Source of the DNA: Candidatus Latescibacterota bacterium
GTDB lineage: Bacteria; Latescibacterota; UBA2968; UBA8231
Direction: 5' to 3'
Assembly (NCBI GenBank): GCA_965208105.1
Contig: OZ242318.1
Coordinates: 3,648,001-3,712,000 of the forward strand
DNA: 64,000 nt
Below are positions 28,078-36,491 of the stretch, piece after piece; positions within the stretch are counted from its first letter, which is position 1; every line of letters starts with the position of its first letter. Below the pieces are notes generated by a model. It was not told the DNA's origin. It saw only the letters and a program-made list of their open reading frames with translations, and ran no database searches. Made by a program: the position numbers and the translations under genes.

Positions 28078-30591
28078 ATGGCAAAGAAGCGAAAGACGAA
28101 CGCGGCGGCCGCCGCTGCGGCCGCCGCAGAGAAGACCGCCGATTCCAGCTCATTGCTCCGGTTCCGGGCCTGGATGCCGGCGGCCTTGTTCCTCCTGCTC
28201 AGCCTGGCCTACTTCTCCGAGGTGGCTCTCTCCGGCCGCATCGTCTTCGGGCACGACGTGGGCACCGATTTCCACCGGGGCACAGAGCCCCTGGCCGAAA
28301 AGATCGCGACCTTCCCGCAGCCGGCCTGGAGCGACCGCATGGGCGGCTTTCCCCAGTCCGAGGAGATCCGCCCCCAGTACTTTCCCACCCGGCTGATCTA
28401 CCTGTTCACCACCTACCAGCGCCATCTGGCCTGGCGCTACGTCCTGACCATGTTCGTCGCCGGACTGGCCATGTACGCCTACCTGCGCGCCCTGGGGGTG
28501 GGCCGCGGAGCGGCCGTTTGGGCCGGGGTGGCCTACATGTCGGCCCCCACCTTTTTGAGCTTTCCCTACGCCGGCCACTACGCCAAGATGGGGGTCATCG
28601 CCCTGTTTCCCCTGATGTGCCTGCTGCTGGAGAAGGGCATGCGGGAGGGCCGCCCCATCCACTTCGCCGGGCTGGGCATCCTCATCGCCCTGGGGATCTA
28701 CTCCCCCCACCTGCAGATGCTCTACTTCGCCCTCTGGGGCCTGGGCTTCTACTTCCTCTACAAGCTCGCCGGGCTCTACCGCGAGGCGCCGGATTGGCGC
28801 CGGCCGGCCGGCCGCACCGGGCTCTTCGCCCTGGCCGTGGCCCTGGGGCTGGGGCTGGGGGCCGAGGGGTTGCTGCCCTCCTACATCTATACCCAGACCG
28901 AGTCCAAGCGCGCCGCCGGAACCTCGGCGGGCTCGGGCAAAAGCGCCGAAGAGCAACTGCAGTTTGCGCGCTCCTGGTCGCTGCACCCCGAGGAGGTGGC
29001 CTCCCTGGTGGTGCCCGAGTTCGGGGGCTACGACTCGCCCCGCGAGGGCAGGCGCTACTGGGGCCGCAACGCCATGAAGATCAACTCCGAGTACTTCGGC
29101 ATCGGGGTCCTCCTTTTGGCCCTGCTGCTGGTGCCGGAGGCGAGGCGGCGGCCCCCGGCCCTGTTCATGGGGTTCCTCTTCGTCTTCGCCCTGGCCTACG
29201 CCCTGGGCCCCTACACCCCGGTCCACTGGGTATTCTACCACCTTTTGCCCGGGGTCAAGGTGCTGCGCGCCCCCGCCATGATCGCCTTCCTCTTCGCCTT
29301 TGCCGTCTGCGTGCTGGCGGCCATGGGGCTGGACAGGGTGCTGCGCGGGGATGGGGAGAGCGCGGTTTCGGTCCACCGCGTGCTCGTGGCCGGTGGCGTA
29401 CTGACCGCGGCGGCGCTGCTTGTGGCCCTGGCGCCCCGGGCCCTCACCGACGCCTGGACCGCCCTCTTCTACGGGGACATCGCCGCTGGCGACAAAGAGA
29501 TCCTCGTCCAGGGCTACTCCTGGCTGGCGCGGGGCGCTCTCTGCGTGGCCCTGGTGGCCGCGGCTTGCACCCTCCTGCTCTGCCTCAAGCTGAGGGGGAA
29601 GCTCGGCGCCGGTCTGGTGGTCGCCGGACTGGCCGCCCTCACCCTCTTCGACACCTGGCGCATCGACCGCCTCTTCCTCAAGTACGAGAACCCGGCGCAG
29701 CACCGGGACATCCGCGCCGAGAACCGCCGCACCAGGGAGTTTCTTGCAAGCGAGGGCGGCCAATTCCGGGTGCTGCCCCTGCCCGACTACAACATCCTCA
29801 AACGGCCCGGCTTCCACCTCCACGGGGTGGAGCTGGCCACCGGGTTCCACGACTTCACCCCAAGGCGCTACGACCGCCTGCTGCGCGAGCTGGCCCCGGT
29901 CGAGCACCTGTTGAGAGCGAGGTACTACGAGGGGCGCTCCATCCCCGCCTCGGACGCCGAGCTTCTGGAGCGGGTCCATCCCCTGCTCAACCTCCTCAAC
30001 GTCCGCTACATCGCCGCCCCCGGAGGGATCGCCCTGGAGTCGGAGCGCTTTCCCCAAATCTTCGCCGCCGAGAACTTCCGCCTCTACAAAAACCCCGGCG
30101 TCCTGCCCTGGTTCTACCTGGCCCCAAAGTACCGGGTGGAGGAGGACGAAGAGCGGATAGTCGCCCTCCTTCTGGATCGCGGCTTCGATCCTACCCGTAC
30201 CGCCGTCCTCGAGCGGCCGCCGCCGTCTCCCTGCCCCGGCGCCGCCGGAGGAGACCCGGCAGGCGACCGGATCGAGCGCCTGGACTACGACCCGGCGGGG
30301 GGGTACATCCGCCTTGAGACCGCGAGCGCGGGGCCCCGCATCCTGGTGGTGTCACAGAATTTCCACTCAAACTGGAGTCTCCTGGTGGACGGCCAGCCTG
30401 CCGAGCTCTTCCGCGCCAACTACGCCTGGACCGGCGCCTGCCTGCCGGCGGGAGAGCACAGCGTGGAGCTGCGCTATGCCTCTTGGACGGTGCGCCTCTC
30501 GCGCTGGATCATGGCGGCCGGCCTGGCGGTTCTTTTGGCGGTGGGGTGGTGGGAGTTGCGCAGGCGGAGGCGTCCGACAGGAGCGAATTAG
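28078..30591 (+). CDS. YfhO-family membrane protein (putative GT-C glycosyltransferase)
   Basis: VFGHDV, PAWSDRMGGFP, many TMs, LLNLLNVRYI, LVVSQNFHSNWSLLVDG, RANYAWTGACLPAGEHSVELRY, terminal TM. Confidence 0.8.
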   Translation: MAKKRKTNAAAAAAAAAEKTADSSSLLRFRAWMPAALFLLLSLAYFSEVALSGRIVFGHDVGTDFHRGTEPLAEKIATFPQPAWSDRMGGFPQSEEIRPQYFPTRLIYLFTTYQRHLAWRYVLTMFVAGLAMYAYLRALGVGRGAAVWAGVAYMSAPTFLSFPYAGHYAKMGVIALFPLMCLLLEKGMREGRPIHFAGLGILIALGIYSPHLQMLYFALWGLGFYFLYKLAGLYREAPDWRRPAGRTGLFALAVALGLGLGAEGLLPSYIYTQTESKRAAGTSAGSGKSAEEQLQFARSWSLHPEEVASLVVPEFGGYDSPREGRRYWGRNAMKINSEYFGIGVLLLALLLVPEARRRPPALFMGFLFVFALAYALGPYTPVHWVFYHLLPGVKVLRAPAMIAFLFAFAVCVLAAMGLDRVLRGDGESAVSVHRVLVAGGVLTAAALLVALAPRALTDAWTALFYGDIAAGDKEILVQGYSWLARGALCVALVAAACTLLLCLKLRGKLGAGLVVAGLAALTLFDTWRIDRLFLKYENPAQHRDIRAENRRTREFLASEGGQFRVLPLPDYNILKRPGFHLHGVELATGFHDFTPRRYDRLLRELAPVEHLLRARYYEGRSIPASDAELLERVHPLLNLLNVRYIAAPGGIALESERFPQIFAAENFRLYKNPGVLPWFYLAPKYRVEEDEERIVALLLDRGFDPTRTAVLERPPPSPCPGAAGGDPAGDRIERLDYDPAGGYIRLETASAGPRILVVSQNFHSNWSLLVDGQPAELFRANYAWTGACLPAGEHSVELRYASWTVRLSRWIMAAGLAVLLAVGWWELRRRRRPTGAN

Positions 30592-30648
30592 GCCGGACCG
30601 GGAGCCCTCATTCCCCTGTTTTGATAGGAATCAGAAGATTGAGGGGAA

Positions 30649-31476
30649 TCACATCCTGGCCATCAGCCTGAAGGCCAGCCGGGTGAGGCAGAACCTCGGC
30701 CCCCGGTAGTGCTTGCGGGCGAAGTAGAGCAGGCTCTCGCGCTGCATCTCCTTGCGGCTGCGCGGCACCGGAGCCTTGTTGCGGTAGTGGACTATGGGGG
30801 CGCGGGGGAAAAACCAGCACTCGGCTCCCGCCAGCAGCGCCCGGTAGGCCAAATCCACGTCCTCGCAGTAGAGGTAGATGTTCTCGTCGAACCCCCCCAG
30901 CTCCTCGAACAGCTCGCGGCGGATCCACAGGTAGGCCCCCGTGACCCAGTCCACCCGGCGGCCCTCGTCGTACCCGGTCCAGTGGCGCTCGGAGAAGCCC
31001 CCGAGAAGGCCGCGGGCGGGCGGCAGACGGCCGAGCAGGCGGTCCAGCACCATGCTGCTCAAGGTGGGGAAGGAGCCGGTGGAGCGCTCCAGCTCGCCGT
31101 CCCCGTCGTAGACCAGGCCCCCGGCCACACCGCAATGGGGATGCTCTTCCAATAGCTCGATGAACTCTCTGAGGGACCCCTCGCGGACAACCGTATCCTG
31201 GTTGAGCAGCAGAAGCAGGGGGGCGGTGGCGAGGCGCGCTCCGGCGTTGTTGGCCTGGCCGAAGCCGACGGTCTCCTCCAGCCTGACCAGGTCGCAGAAG
31301 GGGAAGTCGCTGCGCACCATGTCTTCGGAGCCGTCGCTGGAGGCATTGTCCACCACCACCACCTGGATGCGGTCGAAGACGTCCTGCTTCTCCAGGGATT
31401 CGAGACAGGCTTGCAGCCAGTCCCTGGTGTTGGTGTTGACTATGACGACCGAGAGGATGGGAACGGATTCGGGCAC
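30649..31476 (-). CDS. Glycosyltransferase family 2 (WbbL/rhamnosyltransferase-like)
   Basis: LSVVIVNTN, VVVVDNASSDGS, GFGQANN, LLLLNQD, DWVTGA, GGFDENIYLYCEDVD. Start placed at GTG 31476 because the listed TTG 31563 lies inside the -35 box. Confidence 0.88.
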   Translation of the reverse strand: MPESVPILSVVIVNTNTRDWLQACLESLEKQDVFDRIQVVVVDNASSDGSEDMVRSDFPFCDLVRLEETVGFGQANNAGARLATAPLLLLLNQDTVVREGSLREFIELLEEHPHCGVAGGLVYDGDGELERSTGSFPTLSSMVLDRLLGRLPPARGLLGGFSERHWTGYDEGRRVDWVTGAYLWIRRELFEELGGFDENIYLYCEDVDLAYRALLAGAECWFFPRAPIVHYRNKAPVPRSRKEMQRESLLYFARKHYRGPRFCLTRLAFRLMARM

Positions 31477-31534
31477 AGTGATGATGGCGCTCGGAAAGTA
31501 GCGGAGCGATGGGGAAAGGTCGAGTTCGCCGGTG

Positions 31535-31563
31535 ATGATATCCCCCGGGCGATTCGATGTCAA
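31535..31563 (-). promoter_or_regulatory. Sigma70 promoter for the GT2 gene
   Basis: Minus strand TTGACA-17 nt-TATCAT. Confidence 0.65.
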
Positions 31564-31658
31564 GCCAGGGGGCCGATACTTGGAGGCCGTCTTTTCCTAT
31601 ATTGAATGAACGGAAACAATTCCAGGGGACGGAAACAGACCAACTTGAAGGAAGCCTG

Positions 31659-32663
31659 ATGGCGGAAGTACTGGTTACCGGCGGCGCCGGGTTCATCGGG
31701 TCCCACGTGGTGGACCACCTCGTCGGAGCGGGACGGCAGGTGGTGGTCCTCGACGATTTAAGCGGCGGGTTCGCCGAGAACGTCCATCCCTCGGCCGAGT
31801 GCGTCGAGGGCAGTATCGTGGACCAGGAGATGGTGGACGGTTTGTTCGCCCGGCATCGCTTCGAGTACGTCTTCCACCTGGCCGCCTACGCCGCCGAAGG
31901 CCTCAGCCATTTCATCAAGCGCTTCAACTACAACAACAACCTCATCGGCAGCGTGAACCTGATCAACGCCTCGGTGAACGCCGGCAGCGTGCGCTGCTTC
32001 GTCTTCACCTCCTCCATCGCCGTCTACGGCCGCAACCAGCTTCCCATGCGCGAGGACCTGGTCCCGGCCCCGGAAGATCCCTACGGCATCGCCAAGTACG
32101 CCGTCGAGCTGGAGCTCGCCGCGTCTCACGAGATGTTCGGCCTGCCCTACCTCGTCTTCCGCCCCCACAACGTCTACGGCGAGCGCCAGAACCTCGGGGA
32201 CAGGTACCGCAACGTCATCGGCATCTTCATGAACCAGATCATGCGCGGCGAGGCGCTCACCGTGTTCGGCGACGGCAGCCAGTCCCGCGCCTTCAGCCAC
32301 ATCGACGAGGTCGCCCCGGTGATCGCCGGGTCGATTGAAAGGCCGGAGGCCTTCGGCCAGATCTTCAACACGGGCTCGGACGTTGCCTCTTCCATCAACG
32401 AGCTGATCGAGGTGGTGGGCAGGGCCATGGGAGTTGCTCCGAAGGTGGACTACCTGCCGGCGCGGCGCGAGGTCCTGCACGCCTACGCTACCCACGACAG
32501 GGTGAAGGAAGTGTTCGGGGATTTGATCGAGGAGGTCCCGCTGGAGCAGGGTGTCGGGCGCATGGCGAAGTGGGCGCGCCGCCACGGCGCCCGTCAGAGC
32601 AGGAAGTTCAATAACATCGAGGTGCGCAGGAACCTGCCGCCCTCCTGGGCCGGGGGTGATTGA
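31659..32663 (+). CDS. NAD-dependent nucleotide-sugar epimerase/dehydratase
   Basis: VLVTGGAGFIGSH, HLAA, FTSSIAVYG, PYGIAK (YxxxK), NVYG. Confidence 0.92.
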   Translation: MAEVLVTGGAGFIGSHVVDHLVGAGRQVVVLDDLSGGFAENVHPSAECVEGSIVDQEMVDGLFARHRFEYVFHLAAYAAEGLSHFIKRFNYNNNLIGSVNLINASVNAGSVRCFVFTSSIAVYGRNQLPMREDLVPAPEDPYGIAKYAVELELAASHEMFGLPYLVFRPHNVYGERQNLGDRYRNVIGIFMNQIMRGEALTVFGDGSQSRAFSHIDEVAPVIAGSIERPEAFGQIFNTGSDVASSINELIEVVGRAMGVAPKVDYLPARREVLHAYATHDRVKEVFGDLIEEVPLEQGVGRMAKWARRHGARQSRKFNNIEVRRNLPPSWAGGD

Positions 32664-32785
32664 GCCGTGGGCAGGAGGGTTGCAAGGGTGTGCGCTCGTC
32701 CCGGGCGCCTCGAAGGGTCCCCCGGTCGGGCGTTGCGGCCTGAAAGAGGATGCGGGGGAGAGCTGATCGCCAAGCGGAGGCGGGC

Positions 32786-33355
32786 ATGCCGGTGAGGCTG
32801 AACATCGGCTGCGGGGACGATCTCCGCCCGGGCTACCTCAACATCGACCGGTTTGCGCAGAAGGCCGGCATCAGGATGGACGCTGCCCGGCTGGCCTTCG
32901 CCGATGGCTCGGTGGACGAGATCTTCTGCTCGCATGTTTTGGAGCACCTGTCGAAGTACGAGGTGCCGGGCCTTCTCGAAGAGTGGAACCGCGTGCTCAA
33001 ACCCACCGGCCAGGTGGAGATTATCGTGCCCGACCTGCCCTGGTGCATGAGGCAGTGGCTGCGGCTGCCGGATTCGGCGCGCTGGGACTGGGCCCTGGAT
33101 ACCATCTACGGTCTGCAGGATTCCCCCGGAGAGTTCCACAAGACCGGCTTCAGCGCCGGGCGCCTGCATCGCCTCCTGAAGGAGGCCGGCTTCGGCGCCG
33201 TCGAGGTGACCACCCGCTTCGACCACGGCATGCGGTCCATCCGCGCCCTGGCCTCGAACGGCGCAACCGCCACCCCCTCCTCTGGAACCCGCCCCGGCCG
33301 TTGGCTGCGCAAGCAGTTGGTGTTCCTGTTCTACAGAATAGCCTCGCTTTTCTGA
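32786..33355 (+). CDS. Class I SAM-dependent methyltransferase (type 11-like)
   Basis: RLNIGCG, GYLNID, SHVLEH, RVLKPTG, VPDL; SD GGAGG. Confidence 0.85.
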   Translation: MPVRLNIGCGDDLRPGYLNIDRFAQKAGIRMDAARLAFADGSVDEIFCSHVLEHLSKYEVPGLLEEWNRVLKPTGQVEIIVPDLPWCMRQWLRLPDSARWDWALDTIYGLQDSPGEFHKTGFSAGRLHRLLKEAGFGAVEVTTRFDHGMRSIRALASNGATATPSSGTRPGRWLRKQLVFLFYRIASLF

Positions 33356-33374
33356 GGGCTCCATCGGATCGGGC

Positions 33375-34481
33375 TCACCGCCGCCCGGTTGAAATCGCCT
33401 CGAGCCATTTCCGGGCCGTGGATTCCAGGGCGAAATCCATCGCCCGTTTCCGCCCGCCGGCGCCGAGTTTTTCGCGAAGATCAGAATCGAGGATGAGGCG
33501 TTCGAGCTTCTGGTACAATGCCTGCGAATCCTTCTGGGGAACGATGAAGCCGGTGACCCCGTCCTCGACCAGCTCCTTCGGACCGGAGCAGTCCGTCGCC
33601 ACGCAGGGCAGGCCGCAGGCCATGGCCTCCACCAGGGATATACCGAACAACTCCTCCCATCCATCCACCTTGAAGGAGTTCAGCACGAACAGGTCGGCTG
33701 CCTGAAATTCCCCGACCAGCTCCTCCTGATCGGCCACGTGGCCTTTGCAGACCACTCCTCTTCTGTCCTGGATATGCCGCACCTCGGGTCCGCCGCCGAC
33801 GACCACCAGTCTCAGCTGAGGAGTTTTTTCCAGCAGCGACTCGAACACGGAGCAAAGCTCTCTGATGCCCTTTTCCCGCACCACCCTGCCTACATATAGT
33901 AATGTAATGAGTGTCCTTGCCCTTTTTCTGGCCGGGGGGATGAACCGATGAACGTCCACGCTGTGGGGGATATGCCTTGCATCTGCTCCCAACCTGGTCA
34001 GTTCACCGGCGCTCTTGCTGGTCACACACACGGCTTTCGAGCCCTTGAGGAACCGCTCCCAGATCTTCTGGGAGCCCAACCGGGGCTTGTGGACGTAGTG
34101 TTCGCCGTTCCAATAGGGCCAGGAGGTGAAATAGATCACGTTTTTCCCGATGGCCTTCAACAACAGGAGATAGAACCCCATGATGGAACAGGGGGCGAAG
34201 GCAGCGACGATATTCTTCTGAAGCAGTACCCTGAAGGGATGGATGAGGCTTCGCAGCAGCGCGCCCCAGGCGGGTTCTTTCTGGTGGGCGGCTCTTCCGG
34301 TCAATTTTTCGACGAGCTTTCTGCAGAGGGGAGAGCAGTGCCACAGCTTGATCCCGAACCACCTGAAGCCTTTATGGTCGAATACCTTCAGGTCTATTTC
34401 CCCTTGCTCAGCCAAATGGAACAGTGCCCGGTAGTAGTTCCTGTCCGCCGCCGATTCTCCGTAGAGCGCCAGTTTCATCAT
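33375..34481 (-). CDS. Glycosyltransferase family 4
   Basis: Start ATG 34481 overlapping the flippase stop (the listed 637-aa ORF is over-extended). IPHSVD, LYVGRVVREKG, EELFGISLVEAMACGLP, VTGFIV. Confidence 0.88.
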   Translation of the reverse strand: MMKLALYGESAADRNYYRALFHLAEQGEIDLKVFDHKGFRWFGIKLWHCSPLCRKLVEKLTGRAAHQKEPAWGALLRSLIHPFRVLLQKNIVAAFAPCSIMGFYLLLLKAIGKNVIYFTSWPYWNGEHYVHKPRLGSQKIWERFLKGSKAVCVTSKSAGELTRLGADARHIPHSVDVHRFIPPARKRARTLITLLYVGRVVREKGIRELCSVFESLLEKTPQLRLVVVGGGPEVRHIQDRRGVVCKGHVADQEELVGEFQAADLFVLNSFKVDGWEELFGISLVEAMACGLPCVATDCSGPKELVEDGVTGFIVPQKDSQALYQKLERLILDSDLREKLGAGGRKRAMDFALESTARKWLEAISTGRR

Positions 34482-35938
34482 GAATCCTCTTTCCTCAGCA
34501 CCTGGCGCAGCGTGCGCAGCTCGTTCAGCAGGGTGCGGCGCTCCAGGCCCAGGAGGGCGGCGCCGTAGGCGAGCCCGAAGAGGGCGGCGCCCAGGACCAG
34601 GGCAACCGGGTCGGCCAATCCCTCGATGAGGGGCTCGGCCCAGAGGCGCAGGGCCCCGGCCGCCGCCGCCGCCAGCAGGGGGGGCGCGAAGCTGCGGACC
34701 CACGGCACCTCGGCGTAGCGGCCGCTGCGGCGCAGGGCCAGCACCGTGCCCACCAGGGCTGCCAGGTTCATGGCCAGGGCGGCGCCTTCGATGCCCAGGC
34801 TGTGGGTGAGCAGCGGCGCCGCGATCACCAGGACCCCTGCCTGGACCGCGGCGAAGGCGGCGAATCCCCGGGTGTCGCCGATACTGCGCAGCAGCGCCTG
34901 CACCGTGTCCAGCAGGGGGCGGCAGAGGGAGTAGAGCAGCAGCCAGCGCAGAATGGAGGCCAGGGGCAGCCAGCTCTCCCCCAGGAGCAGGCGGGTGATG
35001 ACGGGGATCTCGATGGCGAGGATCACGGAAAAAGGCACCGCGGCGCGCAGGATCAACCTCAGGGTGCGGCGGAAGGCGCCGCCGAGCCGCTCGCGGTCGT
35101 GCTGGTAGCGCGCGAAGACGGTGAGCATGACGCCGGTGAGGGCGTGGGTGAGGGCGCCGGTGGGCAGTTGGGCGAAGACGTGGGCGCGGTCGTAGAACCC
35201 CAGGGCGCGGGGGTCGAGCAGGTGGCCCACAACCAGGCGGTCGAAATGGAGCAGCAGGGTCTGCAGCATGGCCCCGAGCCAGATCCACCCGCCGTAGCCC
35301 AGCATGGCTCGCGCCTCGGCCCGGTCGAAGCCGCAGAGGCGCAGGCGCAGGGGGCTGCGGCGGCGCCAGAGCAGGGCGCAGTAGAGCGCGGCGTAGGCGA
35401 TGCCGTAGGTGGAGTGGCTGAGGATGAGGGCCCAGATACCGGCGCCGAGCCAGGCCGCGGCCATGCCGGCGGCGGCGGCGGCGATGAGGGCGAGGGCATG
35501 GGCCCCGGCCAGATAGCCGAACTCCAGATCGCGCCGCAGCTGGGTCTCGGCGGTCTGGGCGGTGGCGCGCAGGAGGTCGAAGGCGGCGAATACGGCCATC
35601 GCCGTGGCGACGCCGCGGCCGTAGTGGCCGTCGACGAAGAGGACGGCGAGGCCCACCGCCGCCAGCGTCCCCAAAGCGCTGAGGCCGCTGTTGAGCACAA
35701 AGTGGGTGGGCGCCAGTTCGTCAACGCGCCGGTAGTGGTGCAGCAGGGCATTGTGGAGGCCGAAGTTGCGCAGGGAGACCACCAGGGCGAGCAGGGAGGC
35801 GGCCAGGGCCACGTGGCCGAAGTCCTCCGGGGCGAGGGCGCGGGTGAGGACGACGACGGCGACCCAGTTGACCAGGCGCCCGGCGTAGGCGCTGCTCAGG
35901 GTGTGGACCGCGCCGCGCGCCACCCGCGCCAGCGCCAT
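34478..35938 (-). CDS. Wzx-like oligosaccharide flippase (polysaccharide biosynthesis protein)
   Basis: SD AAGGAGG then ATG 35938; LTRALAPEDFG, LRRDLEF, GAGIWALI, DRLVVGHLL..ALGFYDRA, LLLGESW; 12-14 TMs. Confidence 0.88.
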   Translation of the reverse strand: MALARVARGAVHTLSSAYAGRLVNWVAVVVLTRALAPEDFGHVALAASLLALVVSLRNFGLHNALLHHYRRVDELAPTHFVLNSGLSALGTLAAVGLAVLFVDGHYGRGVATAMAVFAAFDLLRATAQTAETQLRRDLEFGYLAGAHALALIAAAAAGMAAAWLGAGIWALILSHSTYGIAYAALYCALLWRRRSPLRLRLCGFDRAEARAMLGYGGWIWLGAMLQTLLLHFDRLVVGHLLDPRALGFYDRAHVFAQLPTGALTHALTGVMLTVFARYQHDRERLGGAFRRTLRLILRAAVPFSVILAIEIPVITRLLLGESWLPLASILRWLLLYSLCRPLLDTVQALLRSIGDTRGFAAFAAVQAGVLVIAAPLLTHSLGIEGAALAMNLAALVGTVLALRRSGRYAEVPWVRSFAPPLLAAAAAGALRLWAEPLIEGLADPVALVLGAALFGLAYGAALLGLERRTLLNELRTLRQVLRKEDS

Positions 35939-36006
35939 CCCCTCCTTGCCGTGTGTGGACTGCAAATCTCCGGCCTGGCCTTTCCCGTTTCGGTCGTGGA
36001 GGGCTG

Positions 36007-36035
36007 ATACTAGGGCCGGTGGCGGCGTCCGTCAA
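36007..36035 (-). promoter_or_regulatory. Sigma70-like promoter for the flippase-GT4 pair
   Basis: Minus strand TTGACG-17 nt-TAGTAT. Confidence 0.5.
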
Positions 36036-36305
36036 GTAGAGCAAGCCGCGGCCGCCGGCCCATTGCGGACATCCTCTCCGGGCAGGAGGCCGAACCGACC
36101 GGGTCAGCGGCAGGGAGCCCAAACGCTTATCAGATGCGGCAAAGGATTTGAAGATTTTTATTGGCAAGGGGAAAAATTGGTGTATATTTAGGGGAGAGTT
36201 GCACTTTTGGCACCTTCCAACATTTGCCTGGAGGGGTCCGGGTAATGTCCAAAATTGTCCAGAAAACCCTTGGGAAGCGGCACCTGTTTGGCATCCAAAA
36301 AATAC

Positions 36306-36334
36306 TTGACACCCCTTACCTTTGGGAGTATATT
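36306..36334 (+). promoter_or_regulatory. Near-consensus sigma70 promoter for the giant surface protein
   Basis: TTGACA-17 nt-TATATT with an A-tract (UP-like) just upstream. A second weaker candidate TTGGCA-16-TATATT at 36161-36188. Confidence 0.7.
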
Positions 36335-36491
36335 GAAAAATCTTAATTCGCTAATAAGAGGGGAGGAGAAGCGAATTTCTATGTGTTCATCAATTAGAAG
36401 TAGCATAAAGTTCTGGCGTAAGGTTACCCAACCTAGAGTAACTTCAATTTCATCCTTAAGTCAGGGAAATCACCTGGGGAGGAATTCTACA

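Noticed and set aside
33375-35288. 637-aa fused glycosyltransferase
   Set aside because: The first ~270 aa are an alternate frame of the flippase; the real start is 34481.
36255-36491. N-terminal 79-aa extension of the giant protein
   Set aside because: It spans the predicted promoter; the SD and signal peptide indicate ATG 36492.
36335-36491. Riboswitch or ncRNA in the long leader
   Set aside because: No recognisable aptamer consensus by eye; an Rfam/Infernal scan would be needed.
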